IMG/VR virus record: IMGVR_UViG_3300045988_009865
Location: 24,263-88,262 of that record
DNA length: 64,000 nucleotides
Direction: 5' to 3' (one strand)
Origin: a virus
Lineage: Duplodnaviria > Heunggongvirae > Uroviricota > Caudoviricetes
Shown in pieces: positions 26,774 to 36,984 of the stretch. Position numbers and translations under genes: made by a program. The notes under the pieces were generated by a model, which was not told the origin of the DNA, did no database searches, and saw only the letters and a list, made by a program, of their open reading frames with translations. Position 1 is the stretch's first letter. Each line of letters begins with the position of its first letter.

Positions 26774-27251
26774 AGAATATCTACACTATGACCCCGAAAC
26801 AGGGGTCTTTACGTGGATAAAGAAATCAGCTAACAGAACAGTTATAGGCTCCATTGCAGGTACACCACATAAGCGAGGTTATATTAGGATAAAAATTAAA
26901 AGAAAATTCTATATGGCTCATGATTTAGCAATCCTGTACACAGACGGTTTCCTACCTAACAGAGTAGACCATCGCAACGGTATTACGAATGATAATCGTA
27001 GATTAAATCTAAGGGTTTGCACACAAGCTGAAAACTCTTGGAATAGAAGAACACACTCCAACAACACATCTGGAGTTAAGGGTGTATCTTTCTATAAGGC
27101 TAACCAAAAATGGAAGGCCAGAGTTATGGCACACGGGGTATCTCACTTTCTGGGGTATTTTGACAGTATTGAAGATGCCAAAGATGCAGTTACAAAGAAA
27201 AGAGAAGAACTACATAAAGAGTTTTCAAATCACGGAGAAGCTTATGAATGA
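26727..27251 (+). CDS. HNH homing endonuclease with AP2-like DNA-binding domain
   Basis: HRNGITNDNRRLNLR..TQAEN HNH motif followed by GVSFYKANQKWKARV...GYFDSIEDAKDA; start uncertain (overlaps upstream gene). Confidence 0.7.
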   Translation: MKSMVGLQMLTQQTLKEYLHYDPETGVFTWIKKSANRTVIGSIAGTPHKRGYIRIKIKRKFYMAHDLAILYTDGFLPNRVDHRNGITNDNRRLNLRVCTQAENSWNRRTHSNNTSGVKGVSFYKANQKWKARVMAHGVSHFLGYFDSIEDAKDAVTKKREELHKEFSNHGEAYE

Positions 27252-27745
27252 AGATTAAAGGATTTGGCAATTGTCCTACCTATGGTCATTGGGTATCTTT
27301 ATGTGGGGAAGTTGACCCCACTAAACATTTTGGTTTTGTCTATTTAGTATACTGTAAGAAAACCGGACAATATTATATTGGAAAGAAACAGCTTAATAGC
27401 GTGACCAAAAGAAAAGTTGCTGGCAAGACTCGGAAGAAGGTAGTCACTAAGGAGAGTGATTGGATGACTTATGAGACTTCTTCTGAGTATATTAAAAAAG
27501 ATATTGAGAGCTTTGGAAAAGAATTTTTTGACTTTTACATTATCCAAACCTACTACACAAAAGGTGGTCTAGTTTATGGTGAAGCAAACCTCCAACATAA
27601 ATTCGATGTAATGACAAAAAGGATTGACTCTAAGCTCAGACTCTTCTACAATGCCAACATTGCAGCAATTAAGTTTATCACTAAAGAAACTTATGAAGAT
27701 GCTGAAAAAAGAATCCATAAGGTAATGAAAGCAAACTGTGCTTGA
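27248..27745 (+). CDS. GIY-YIG-like endonuclease domain protein
   Basis: GFVYLVYCKKTGQYYIGKK matches a GIY-(10)-YIG motif. Confidence 0.45.
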   Translation: MKIKGFGNCPTYGHWVSLCGEVDPTKHFGFVYLVYCKKTGQYYIGKKQLNSVTKRKVAGKTRKKVVTKESDWMTYETSSEYIKKDIESFGKEFFDFYIIQTYYTKGGLVYGEANLQHKFDVMTKRIDSKLRLFYNANIAAIKFITKETYEDAEKRIHKVMKANCA

Positions 27746-27751
27746 TAACTA

Positions 27752-28015
27752 TTGAGAGAGAATAAAATGTTTAACAAAAGTAAAGCTGTGAGTCATGTAG
27801 CAAAGGTTGACAGCAAGATTGAAGAACTTGAGCGCATTCTTGCAAATGCCAGAGAGTCAATAATTAAAGAAGTTGAAGCTGTTGAATCTCAAATGCAGCA
27901 CCTAATGCTCAAACGTCAAGAGTTACGTGAGCATCTGGAATATATTGAAACACGAGAGCTAAAGGTTAACAGATATTTTAAGGAGTCCGAATGTTTAACT
28001 CAAGAGAATCAGTAA
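27752..28015 (+). CDS. hypothetical coiled-coil protein
   Basis: 87 aa. Confidence 0.35.
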   Translation: MRENKMFNKSKAVSHVAKVDSKIEELERILANARESIIKEVEAVESQMQHLMLKRQELREHLEYIETRELKVNRYFKESECLTQENQ

Positions 28016-28746
28016 AAAACTGGAATCTTCGTTGCGGAAACACCCAAAAGCAACCTTACAGTGATGAGTATTGGGAATCTTTGAAATCCCAGTCTCTGTG
28101 TATGCTTGAAGAAGCAAAAGAGCTTGTAAAAGCAATTGAAGAGAAAGACCCCATTGAGACACTGGATGCTCAGGCAGATTTGCAATATGTTCTTGACGGT
28201 CTAATTTATCTGTCACAACATGACCACAATGGCGCTATGGAAGCTGTTTGCCATAATAATGACCTGAAGTATACAGACGACTATGAAGAAGCTTTAAAAC
28301 GTCTTGCAGATGTTGAGAAGCGTACTGGTCAAGAGTGTGTTATCAGAATGTCAGTAGTTGATGGTAAAGAGTGGTATGCAATTGTTCGTGCAGCCGATGG
28401 GAAGATTATGAAGCAATCAAATCTCCCTAAAGTACAGCTTGGTGAATACATTGTAGAGCTTGAAAGCCAAGAACTTTTTGTGGTAGTATCTGAGACATGC
28501 GTTATCTGCAAAGGTATTGTAGGTAGCTTAAAGGATTTGGGTGTAGATGGTTTTGTAGAAGTTAATCCAATTACCTCTAAAGCAGATAAAGATTTCTGTA
28601 AAGAGAATGGACTATGGATTGCAGATATTGTCTACTACGATGGTGAGCAGTTCCATGTAACCTCATACCCGAAACTGAATTATGATGCTAATAACCTGAA
28701 GTGCTGGTTAAAAGGGGTTGGTTATAATGGATTCACAGAACATTAA
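27991..28746 (+). CDS. hypothetical protein
   Basis: 251 aa ORF. Confidence 0.4.
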   Translation: MFNSRESVKNWNLRCGNTQKQPYSDEYWESLKSQSLCMLEEAKELVKAIEEKDPIETLDAQADLQYVLDGLIYLSQHDHNGAMEAVCHNNDLKYTDDYEEALKRLADVEKRTGQECVIRMSVVDGKEWYAIVRAADGKIMKQSNLPKVQLGEYIVELESQELFVVVSETCVICKGIVGSLKDLGVDGFVEVNPITSKADKDFCKENGLWIADIVYYDGEQFHVTSYPKLNYDANNLKCWLKGVGYNGFTEH

Positions 28747-29050
28747 TAAAGAAGGTGTGGCTCAGAAGAGCCACTTCTCAAACTACAATATCTCTATGAC
28801 GGTGTTTATGTATGACCCGTTACTTGAGAAGTATGGTGAGACTCCAGATACACTTCTGGATAATGAACAAGTTTTAAAAGCAGTTCTGTACAAATACGGG
28901 ATTGATATTGAGAAAGAGTATTCTTTTGAAATCTGTCAACACAGGAATACTTTTGGTAAAGTTGTAATGGCTCCACTCTTCATGGGTGTAGAAAGAACTG
29001 ACTATGGTTGGTTATATCTAAAAAGAAACTTGGAGAAATACCGTGTCTAA
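28718..29050 (+). CDS. hypothetical protein
   Basis: 110 aa. Confidence 0.35.
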   Translation: MVIMDSQNINKEGVAQKSHFSNYNISMTVFMYDPLLEKYGETPDTLLDNEQVLKAVLYKYGIDIEKEYSFEICQHRNTFGKVVMAPLFMGVERTDYGWLYLKRNLEKYRV

Positions 29051-29381
29051 AGCAAAAAAGCTATCTTATGATGACATTATCTCAGGTGCTAAATTAGGTG
29101 TTGATAGTATCGGACAAGATGTTAAGCACGGAGACACAGTTATGTACTGTGATGACCGAAGAGGGAGAAGTGCAATCTTGTTTGGAAGAATTGTTTGCAA
29201 GATGCGAGGTAATTACGTTGTTGCAGACATGGATGTGAACGTTACACAAAAACTTGAAACACTTATGGATGATAATACATCATCATGGTTCTTCCTGAAT
29301 TGTATGCACACTTCTTCAGTCACAAAAGTAAGTGATAAGTTTTACGATATGTGGCAGAATGAGCAAATTTTCAAGATTTAA
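29043..29381 (+). CDS. hypothetical protein
   Basis: 112 aa. Confidence 0.35.
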   Translation: MSKAKKLSYDDIISGAKLGVDSIGQDVKHGDTVMYCDDRRGRSAILFGRIVCKMRGNYVVADMDVNVTQKLETLMDDNTSSWFFLNCMHTSSVTKVSDKFYDMWQNEQIFKI

Positions 29382-29387
29382 ACTAGG

Positions 29388-29410
29388 GAGCCTCTTCGGA
29401 GGCTCTTTTC
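29388..29410 (+). terminator. intrinsic terminator
   Basis: gagcctc-ttcg-gaggctc hairpin then tttt. Confidence 0.7.
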
Positions 29411-29427
29411 ACCTGTAGGATTTAAAA

Positions 29428-31662
29428 ATGATTAAGACAATTAAAAAATCAAACGGTACAGTAGTAAGCTTTGACCCAGAAAGACTGAATAAGTGGGCAT
29501 CATGGGCAGATAAGCGTGGTATTATTTGGTCAGAAGTCACTATGGAAGCCATGAAACGTGTCTATGAAGGTTGCACTACAAAAGAGATGCACCAAGCTAT
29601 GATTGATGTTTGTGTTGATAAACAAACTCAAGAGTACTCAGACATGGCTGGACGGCTACTTCTAGGGATTATCTACAAAGAAGCCTTTGGAGGCTTTACT
29701 AAGGTTCCTACGCTGGTTACCTTCGTTAAAAATATGGAGAGAGCAGGACTTTGGGAGAAGATGGACTATTCTCAGGAAGAGCTTGAATACCTGCAAGGAT
29801 ACATTGTGCACTCAAAAGATATCTCTTATGGTTATGCAGTCCTGAAACAGTTCAGAGACAAGTATGGTATCCGTGATATTAAAACGGGAAGACTTTTTGA
29901 GTCACCACAGTTTATGTTTATGGGTATGGCTATGAAAGCCTTTGAGAAGCAACCAAAGCACCGTAGACTGCAAGATGTTATCAAGCTATACACTTACCTA
30001 TCTGACCTTAAGATTAATGCTCCTACGCCTTATCTGAATGGTTTAAGAGCTACTAAATCAGGTTATGCGTCATGCTGTTTGATTAAAGCAAACGACACTG
30101 CTGAGTCACTTGGTATTGCTGCAAAGGTTGCTTATGATATGACCACAAAGCAAGCTGGTATTGGTATGCTGATGGAGACTCGCACTATTGGTGATGGTAT
30201 CCGTCAAAACACTATCGAACACATGGGTAAACTACCTTATTACAAGCTTGTACGTTCATCTGTAGAGGCAAACAAACAGAAGAGCCGTGGTGGTTCAGCT
30301 AACAACTTCTACACCGCTCTAGACCCGCAGATTGAAGATTTACTGCGTTTGAAGCACCCTACAACGGTTCCTTCGAAACGTATTAACGAGATGGACTACT
30401 CATTTGGTACAAATGATTATTTCTGGCAGTGTGTTCAATATGATACAGACTGGTTGCTATTCTCTTACAAGGATGCACCAAAGCTCTATGACATGTTCTA
30501 CACAGCATCTGCTGATGAGTTTGCTATGGCAGTTGGTCATGCAGTACATTCAGGTGTTAAGCACAGACGGGTGAAGGCTCGTGAAATTGCTAAACTGTTT
30601 ATCCAGCAGCGTTATGCAACAGGCCGTGTGTATCCATTCTTCACAAATAATGCAAACACACATACACCATTTAAAGAGCCTTTGAAGATGTCAAACCTTT
30701 GTATGGAAATTGTGTTGCCAGTGTACGGCTTTGAGAAAGAGACAGACCTTTACAGAGATGATGCTGTGAAAGAGGATGGTGAGGTAGCTCTTTGCTTCCT
30801 AGCTAGTTTGGTTGCAGGGAGAATTTCAGAAGATGAATACGCTGACGTTGCTTATTATGCTCTTGCAATGGTTGACTCCGTTATTGACCTTATGGATTAT
30901 CCGTATCCGTCAATGCGTAACCATGTTCAGAAGCGTCGTTCTGTTGGTATTGGCCTTACAAATGTGGCTCATTACCTTGCAAAAAACTACGTGAACTACT
31001 CTTCAAGAGCAGGTAAGACGAAGCTTCATGAGCTTGCTGAAATGCACTCTTACTACTTACACGAAGCTTCTTTAAGACTTGCTAAAGAACGTGGTGTACC
31101 TGAGTATATGAAGTTCACTAAGTATCCTGAAGGTTGGGTTCCTCCGAAGACAGCTAACAGGAAGATTGATGAGAAGCATGATGCAAAACTTCGTTATGAT
31201 TGGGATGACTTAGCACAACGTATTAAAGAAAATGGTGGAATCCGTAACTCTGTATTAGAAGCTTACATGCCTAATGAGAGTTCTTCACTGGCAACTAATA
31301 CGACAAATGGCTTGTATCCAATTCGTGACTTTATTTTAACTAAAAAGTCTGCAACTGGTAACGTGCTGTTTATTGTTCCAGATTATGAAGAGTTGAAGTA
31401 TGTCTATGAAATTGCTTGGGATATTGACACCTTTGACCTGATTGATTGTTATGCAATTGTTCAAAAGTTCACTGGTCAAGCTATCTCTTCAGATTTCTAT
31501 GTTGACTACGCAAAAGCTAAGAAGGTATCATTGGCTCAAGCTTTGAAGTACATGATTTATGCCAACTCAGTAGGTATGAAAACCATGTACTACCTTAACA
31601 GTCGCATTGGTGTAGGTAAATCTGCACTACAAGATGCTTATTGCGAGGGTTGTGGTGTTTAG
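29428..31662 (+). CDS. nrdA: ribonucleoside-diphosphate reductase alpha subunit
   Basis: 744 aa; N-terminal ATP-cone-like region; NLCMEI active-site motif. Confidence 0.9.
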   Translation: MIKTIKKSNGTVVSFDPERLNKWASWADKRGIIWSEVTMEAMKRVYEGCTTKEMHQAMIDVCVDKQTQEYSDMAGRLLLGIIYKEAFGGFTKVPTLVTFVKNMERAGLWEKMDYSQEELEYLQGYIVHSKDISYGYAVLKQFRDKYGIRDIKTGRLFESPQFMFMGMAMKAFEKQPKHRRLQDVIKLYTYLSDLKINAPTPYLNGLRATKSGYASCCLIKANDTAESLGIAAKVAYDMTTKQAGIGMLMETRTIGDGIRQNTIEHMGKLPYYKLVRSSVEANKQKSRGGSANNFYTALDPQIEDLLRLKHPTTVPSKRINEMDYSFGTNDYFWQCVQYDTDWLLFSYKDAPKLYDMFYTASADEFAMAVGHAVHSGVKHRRVKAREIAKLFIQQRYATGRVYPFFTNNANTHTPFKEPLKMSNLCMEIVLPVYGFEKETDLYRDDAVKEDGEVALCFLASLVAGRISEDEYADVAYYALAMVDSVIDLMDYPYPSMRNHVQKRRSVGIGLTNVAHYLAKNYVNYSSRAGKTKLHELAEMHSYYLHEASLRLAKERGVPEYMKFTKYPEGWVPPKTANRKIDEKHDAKLRYDWDDLAQRIKENGGIRNSVLEAYMPNESSSLATNTTNGLYPIRDFILTKKSATGNVLFIVPDYEELKYVYEIAWDIDTFDLIDCYAIVQKFTGQAISSDFYVDYAKAKKVSLAQALKYMIYANSVGMKTMYYLNSRIGVGKSALQDAYCEGCGV

Positions 31663-31717
31663 TTTTAATAACTATGAGGGTCGTAAAAGACCCTCTAAAA
31701 TTAACTTTGGAGAAACT

Positions 31718-31975
31718 ATGAAAGACCTAATAGAAAAACATGAGAGGCCAATATACTTATTCTACAAACCCCGCAAAACATTATACTACGTGAGCAGCAC
31801 AGGCATCATGATAAAGCAGAATGATGACTTATGGGTCACTGGAGCCTCTTACATCTCTACAGCAGATGGTAAAATCTACGCAAGACCTTATGAGATGTTC
31901 AATGAAGAAAATTGGGAAGTTTTAGACAGAAAACAAGCCTTAGAGATGATAAAGAAAGGAGAAATCACGCTATGA
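31718..31975 (+). CDS. hypothetical protein between nrdA and nrdB
   Basis: ATG 31718 with ggaga RBS; stop overlaps nrdB start (ATGA). Confidence 0.3.
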   Translation: MKDLIEKHERPIYLFYKPRKTLYYVSSTGIMIKQNDDLWVTGASYISTADGKIYARPYEMFNEENWEVLDRKQALEMIKKGEITL

Positions 31976-33045
31976 TTAACCAACACCCAATCTTTTTAGG
32001 TGGTGAGAGAAAAACATTCGACTCACTTAATAAGCACTACCCAAAAATCTTTGAGCTATATAAACAACAAAAAGCACAAGACTGGTCAGAAGATGAGTTC
32101 CCTTTTGAACAATCACGCCTTGATTTTGAGAGTGTACCAGCATCAATGTCAGGTGTAATGCTTGAGATTCTTAAGTGGCAGTGGGAAGCAGATACCCAAG
32201 TTGCTAAGAGTCTAGCGTTTGCCTTTGCGCCATTCATCTCTGATGACATTTATGCAACTGCAATTATGAAGCAGTCTGAGATTGAAAACCTACATGCTCT
32301 TACTTACTCGGAGATTGTCAGACAATGTATTAAAAATCCTGAAACAATCTTAGATGAGATTAACCAGAACATTGCTGTACAAGACCGATTAAAAACTGTG
32401 AATCGTGTTCTTGAAGAATTACTAGATGAAGGCATAAACTATCGTCTGAGTTATGTCCGTGACTCGCTTCTGGACAAAGACCCTTTACACTTCCATAAAG
32501 TGATTCTAAAAGGTCTATTTGCAGTGACTGCACTTGAAGGCATTTCTTTTATGGCATCCTTTGCATGTACTTTTGCACTTGATGCTCAAGATAAATTTCA
32601 AGGTATTGCTCAAGCTGTCCAGAAAATTATGCTTGACGAAATCCTTCACACTAAAATTGATATTGAAGTTTTAAAAGAAACTTTAAGAGATGATGAGTGG
32701 CAAAAAGCTTTCCAACAAATTCTTCCAGAGATTAAAGTAATCTTAGATGAAGTAGTTGAAAGTGAAGAGAAATGGTCGTATTATATCTTCTCCGAAGGAC
32801 GTGCTGTAGTTGGGTTAAATACAAAGCTTCTTCATGAGTGGGTTTACTATAATGCTGCCCCACTGTATGATATGTTTGGCATTCCCAGAGATTTTGTAGC
32901 TCCTAAAGAACCACCTTTGAAGTATATGATTAAGAAGATGGAAATTGATAAAGAGCAGAATGCTAATCAGGAGCAACAGAACGGTGCGTATTTATTGAAT
33001 ACTGTTGTAGATGATTTGAATAGTGGATTTTTAGAGGTTCCTTAA
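31972..33045 (+). CDS. nrdB: ribonucleoside-diphosphate reductase beta subunit
   Basis: Start refined to ATG 31972 (RBS aaaggag); 357 aa; follows nrdA. Confidence 0.8.
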   Translation: MINQHPIFLGGERKTFDSLNKHYPKIFELYKQQKAQDWSEDEFPFEQSRLDFESVPASMSGVMLEILKWQWEADTQVAKSLAFAFAPFISDDIYATAIMKQSEIENLHALTYSEIVRQCIKNPETILDEINQNIAVQDRLKTVNRVLEELLDEGINYRLSYVRDSLLDKDPLHFHKVILKGLFAVTALEGISFMASFACTFALDAQDKFQGIAQAVQKIMLDEILHTKIDIEVLKETLRDDEWQKAFQQILPEIKVILDEVVESEEKWSYYIFSEGRAVVGLNTKLLHEWVYYNAAPLYDMFGIPRDFVAPKEPPLKYMIKKMEIDKEQNANQEQQNGAYLLNTVVDDLNSGFLEVP

Positions 33046-33287
33046 TGACTTATGTAATTTACTCCAAAACTGGATGCCCTCAGTGTGAGACTGCAAAGAA
33101 TTTTGCGAAAGCTCGTGGTATTGACCATGTTGTGAGAATGTTAGGGCAGGATTATGAACTGTCAGACCTGATGGATATTGCACAGATGCCAGTTCGTCAG
33201 ATGCCATTCATCATGAAAACTGATGGTCAAAATCTAAAACCTGTTGGAACGCTACAGAATTTTATGGCAGAGGTGAACAATGCTTAA
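33045..33287 (+). CDS. glutaredoxin/NrdH-like redoxin
   Basis: 80 aa; CPQC redox motif near N-terminus; follows nrdB. Confidence 0.7.
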   Translation: MTYVIYSKTGCPQCETAKNFAKARGIDHVVRMLGQDYELSDLMDIAQMPVRQMPFIMKTDGQNLKPVGTLQNFMAEVNNA

Positions 33288-33486
33288 ACGCCTTTGGGAA
33301 GGTTTGGTTGTTGATGCACCAGCCATTGTGATTGGTATGCTTGTTGTTAACCTATTTACTGATTTTGAACAAGGTTCATTGTTTGGAGCCATGTTACTAT
33401 GGGTTATCTTTGAAATATTAGAGATACAGCTAGGCATTACTGAAAAACTAAGAAAACTTGTTTCGAAGTTTTCTAAAAAGATTTAA
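33280..33486 (+). CDS. small membrane protein
   Basis: 68 aa, two hydrophobic segments. Confidence 0.3.
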   Translation: MLKRLWEGLVVDAPAIVIGMLVVNLFTDFEQGSLFGAMLLWVIFEILEIQLGITEKLRKLVSKFSKKI

Positions 33487-33493
33487 AATGAAA

Positions 33494-33516
33494 GGGTCTC
33501 TTCGGAGACCTTTTTA
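33494..33516 (+). terminator. intrinsic terminator
   Basis: ggtctc-ttcg-gagacc hairpin then ttttt. Confidence 0.7.
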
Positions 33517-33534
33517 GCATGTAAAGGGGCAATA

Positions 33535-35679
33535 ATGAACAAAGTACAGATTATTAAAAAGAACGGCTCACTTGAAGAACCTGATATCAAAAAAGTTTTA
33601 GCAGCAGTAACTAAGTCAGCTAACAGGGTTGGGTATAAAGAACTCCCACCAGATGTTACCCAAGCTCTTGAGTCAGCATTTATGAGGATTCTGGTAAAGT
33701 CCACTAAGCAGAATAATTTACTCATCTCGGTAAATGATATTCACAGCATCGTTGAAGGTGCTTTGGCAGAAGTCAATCACGAGATTTATGAGTCTTACTC
33801 AACATACAGAAATTACCGTAAAGAGGTTGCTCAAAATTGGGATGAGCTTTACCAAAAGACTAAAGACACACTCTTCTTAGGTGACCGTGAAAACGCTAAC
33901 TTTGACAGTAGTTTAATTTCTACAAAAGGCTCAATTATTCGTGGTTACCTGACTAAAGAAATCTTTAAACAGTACCATTTAACACCAGAGGAACTTGAAG
34001 CCATTGAAAAAGGGTTTATCTATATCCATGACTTAAGAGACCTAATTTTTGGTGGTATCAACTGTTGCCTGTTTGACATTGGTAAAGTACTGAAAGGTGG
34101 CTTTGAAATGTCTGGCATCGAATACTGTGAACCGAAATCTGTACTGTCAGCCTTACAGGTTATCGGTGATGTAGTTCTTTCAGCAACTGCACAGCAATTT
34201 GGTGGTTTTACTTTAGCAGAGATTGATAAGGTGCTTGTACCGTATGCTAAGAAGTCTCTACGATATCATGCTGAGAAAGCAGCATCTTACGGTATTCCTA
34301 AAGAACATTACCACAATTATGTCATGGAGCAGCTACAGCTTGAATTAACTCAGGGTTTCCAGTCACTCGAAATGAAACTAAATACTGTACCTTGTAGCCG
34401 TGGTGATTTCGCATTTACAACTTTGACATTCGGATTACTTGACTCAGATATGTCTAATGAAGACAACCGACTGCAATATATGATTGCAAACACCATTCTT
34501 GATGTTCGCATGAATGGACAAGGTAAGAGTAAGAAGCCTGTTGTATTCCCTAAACTGGTTTATATTCATGACCAGAAGAGACACGATGAGAATATCTGTC
34601 AAGGCCAACTGTACAGCAAAGCTATTGAGTGTTGCTCTAAAGCTATGTATCCAGATTTCTTAAGTGTATCTGGTCATGGTGCTGTAGCAGAGGCTTTTGA
34701 GCGTTCTGGCAAGGTAATTTCACCGATGGGTTGCAGAGCTTTCTTGTCTCCATATCTTAATGAGGATGGGGAAGAGTTCTACGTTGGTCGTGCTAACATT
34801 GGTGCTGTATCTTTGAACTTACCAATGATTTACCAGTATTCTAAAGAGAATGGTTTAGATTTCTGGAAAGAGCTTGATAAGTACCTAGAAATGATTCGCA
34901 GCTTCCATAAGAAACGTTATGAAATGATTGCCAATATGCCAGCAAGTTCTAACCCTCTTGCATTCACACAAGGCGGTCTGTATAAAGGGACTAAGAAGCC
35001 TACTGACAAGGTTGGTTGGGATATTGTGAAGTCCTTCACAGCTTCTTTTGGGGTTACTGCTCTTGATGAGTTATCTGTTCTTGCTGAAGGTAAACGACTT
35101 CATGAAGTTGGAAGTTCTAGTTTTGCATACGATGTTCTAGCATACATTAACATGAAAACTGAAGAGTTTAAGAATGAAGATGGCTTCCTGTATGCAGTAT
35201 ATGGCACTCCAGCAGAGTCATTGTGTGGAACTCAGCTAAAACAGTTCAGAGATATGTTTGGTGTTATTAAAGGCGTTTCTGACAAGGAATACTTTACAAA
35301 CAGTTTCCATATGAATGTTGCAGCAAACATCTCACCATTTGAGAAGCAGGACTTAGAAGAGCCATTCTTCCATATCTGTAGAGGTGGCAGAATCCAGTAT
35401 GTAAGGGTAGCTAACCCAGAAAACTTACCAGCACTTAAAAGTTGTATTACCAGAGGTATGTTGAAAGGTTTTTATCAGGGACTTAACTTTGACTTAGCAA
35501 TCTGCGAACATTGTGGCAACAGACCAAAGGCTGATGTTGAAGAATGTGAGGTTTGCCATTCACATGACATCTCTGTGATTAACAGAGTGTGTGGGTATCT
35601 TGGGTGGACTAAGATTAAAGGTGAATCCCGAATGAATGATGCAAAAATTGCTGAGATTCGTGACAGGGTTTCTATGTAA
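33535..35679 (+). CDS. nrdD: anaerobic ribonucleoside-triphosphate reductase
   Basis: 714 aa; C-terminal CEHCGN...CEVC zinc ribbon and glycyl-radical motif RVCGYLG. Confidence 0.9.
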   Translation: MNKVQIIKKNGSLEEPDIKKVLAAVTKSANRVGYKELPPDVTQALESAFMRILVKSTKQNNLLISVNDIHSIVEGALAEVNHEIYESYSTYRNYRKEVAQNWDELYQKTKDTLFLGDRENANFDSSLISTKGSIIRGYLTKEIFKQYHLTPEELEAIEKGFIYIHDLRDLIFGGINCCLFDIGKVLKGGFEMSGIEYCEPKSVLSALQVIGDVVLSATAQQFGGFTLAEIDKVLVPYAKKSLRYHAEKAASYGIPKEHYHNYVMEQLQLELTQGFQSLEMKLNTVPCSRGDFAFTTLTFGLLDSDMSNEDNRLQYMIANTILDVRMNGQGKSKKPVVFPKLVYIHDQKRHDENICQGQLYSKAIECCSKAMYPDFLSVSGHGAVAEAFERSGKVISPMGCRAFLSPYLNEDGEEFYVGRANIGAVSLNLPMIYQYSKENGLDFWKELDKYLEMIRSFHKKRYEMIANMPASSNPLAFTQGGLYKGTKKPTDKVGWDIVKSFTASFGVTALDELSVLAEGKRLHEVGSSSFAYDVLAYINMKTEEFKNEDGFLYAVYGTPAESLCGTQLKQFRDMFGVIKGVSDKEYFTNSFHMNVAANISPFEKQDLEEPFFHICRGGRIQYVRVANPENLPALKSCITRGMLKGFYQGLNFDLAICEHCGNRPKADVEECEVCHSHDISVINRVCGYLGWTKIKGESRMNDAKIAEIRDRVSM

Positions 35680-35833
35680 AACTTGACAAGGTGGTGTGAG
35701 TCTTGATAGGCTTACATCACCTTTTTTATTGGATGTTAGATATGGCAGAGAGCATCATTGGCCTGTTCATAGGTTCTGTCTTACTGGGGTTCTTTTTAGG
35801 ACTCTCTTATTGTGAGTTGAGAGATAAGTTAAA

Positions 35834-36034
35834 ATGTTTAAAATATCAAAAACGTTGATATACATACTTCACATTCTAATCTTCTTTTTTGGAGTTAGTG
35901 TTATGGTATGGGGTTTTTCAGACCCACAATGGAGTTTCGCATATCATGGTCAGATGGATTTATGGTCATGCTTCAAACCATTTTTAGGGTTAGCTATAGC
36001 ATTCAGTGCATTACCAACTAAGGTGAAATTATGA
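35834..36034 (+). CDS. small membrane protein
   Basis: 66 aa, hydrophobic. Confidence 0.3.
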   Translation: MFKISKTLIYILHILIFFFGVSVMVWGFSDPQWSFAYHGQMDLWSCFKPFLGLAIAFSALPTKVKL

Positions 36035-36426
36035 TTAAGTTGAGCAAAAAACAGTTAGAGTGGATTAAAGATTACGCCTCAGAGTGTGGCTCTTGCGAAA
36101 AGAATCACGTAAGATACTCAACATTCCATACAACCTTCACATTGTACATCAGTGACAACGTTCTAAGTGATTCCATAGAAGATGGTGTAGCGTTGCCTAA
36201 TGAATTGCTTGACAAATTAGCTGTAGTCACTGGAACTTGGTCTGAAGAAGACGGTCATGAATTATCTGACGATGTTGTCTTCTACAGTCTTGAAAATATT
36301 ATGAATCCAGAGTACATCATGCTAATGACTTGTGCACAAGACTGTGTTCCATTACAAAACTTCATTAAAGAGCACTGTGAGGAGTTTATTACTAAACAGG
36401 TTCCTTGTCAGGTAGTGTTTGAATGA
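36031..36426 (+). CDS. hypothetical protein
   Basis: 131 aa. Confidence 0.4.
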   Translation: MIKLSKKQLEWIKDYASECGSCEKNHVRYSTFHTTFTLYISDNVLSDSIEDGVALPNELLDKLAVVTGTWSEEDGHELSDDVVFYSLENIMNPEYIMLMTCAQDCVPLQNFIKEHCEEFITKQVPCQVVFE

Positions 36427-36461
36427 GTAAAACAATTAAATAATATTGGTGAGGTAACTAG

Positions 36462-36947
36462 ATGAATTACATGGAGATTCGACCATTTGACACAGCTAAT
36501 GGTGAAGGGGTTCGTGTAAGCCTCTTCGTAGCTGGTTGTAAACATCACTGTGAAGGCTGCTTTAACAGGGAGTCTTGGAAGTTTAATGCTGGTAAAGAGT
36601 TTACTTATGCAAACCTCTACGGCATCATTAAGTTAATGGATGATAAGGCCATTAGTGGGTTGTCAATACTTGGTGGAGAGCCTCTTGATGATAGAAACAT
36701 TCAAGAGGTCACCAACATATGTAAACGTATTAAAACTGTTTACCCAGAAAAATCTATCTGGCTCTGGACAGGTTTTCAGTTACACGAAAAAATCCACCTA
36801 GATGTGATGAAATATGTTGACGTGGTGATTGATGGTAAGTATGATTCATCTAAACCAACAGTTAAACCATATCGTGGTTCTGATAACCAAAACCTCTGGA
36901 GAAAAGAGTATGGGTGGCAAGGTGATTGTCAATGGCGAGCAGAGTGA
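36462..36947 (+). CDS. nrdG: anaerobic ribonucleotide reductase activating protein (radical SAM)
   Basis: 161 aa; CKHHCEGC radical-SAM cysteine cluster; follows nrdD. Confidence 0.85.
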   Translation: MNYMEIRPFDTANGEGVRVSLFVAGCKHHCEGCFNRESWKFNAGKEFTYANLYGIIKLMDDKAISGLSILGGEPLDDRNIQEVTNICKRIKTVYPEKSIWLWTGFQLHEKIHLDVMKYVDVVIDGKYDSSKPTVKPYRGSDNQNLWRKEYGWQGDCQWRAE

Positions 36948-36984
36948 ATCTCGTCGTAAAATTGGCTACGGGAAAGGTGAGATA

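Noticed and set aside
17159-35679. Introns or inteins interrupting DNA polymerase, nrdA or nrdD (given nearby HNH genes)
   Set aside because: These ORFs are continuous with expected lengths and motif order; the endonuclease genes are free-standing between genes.
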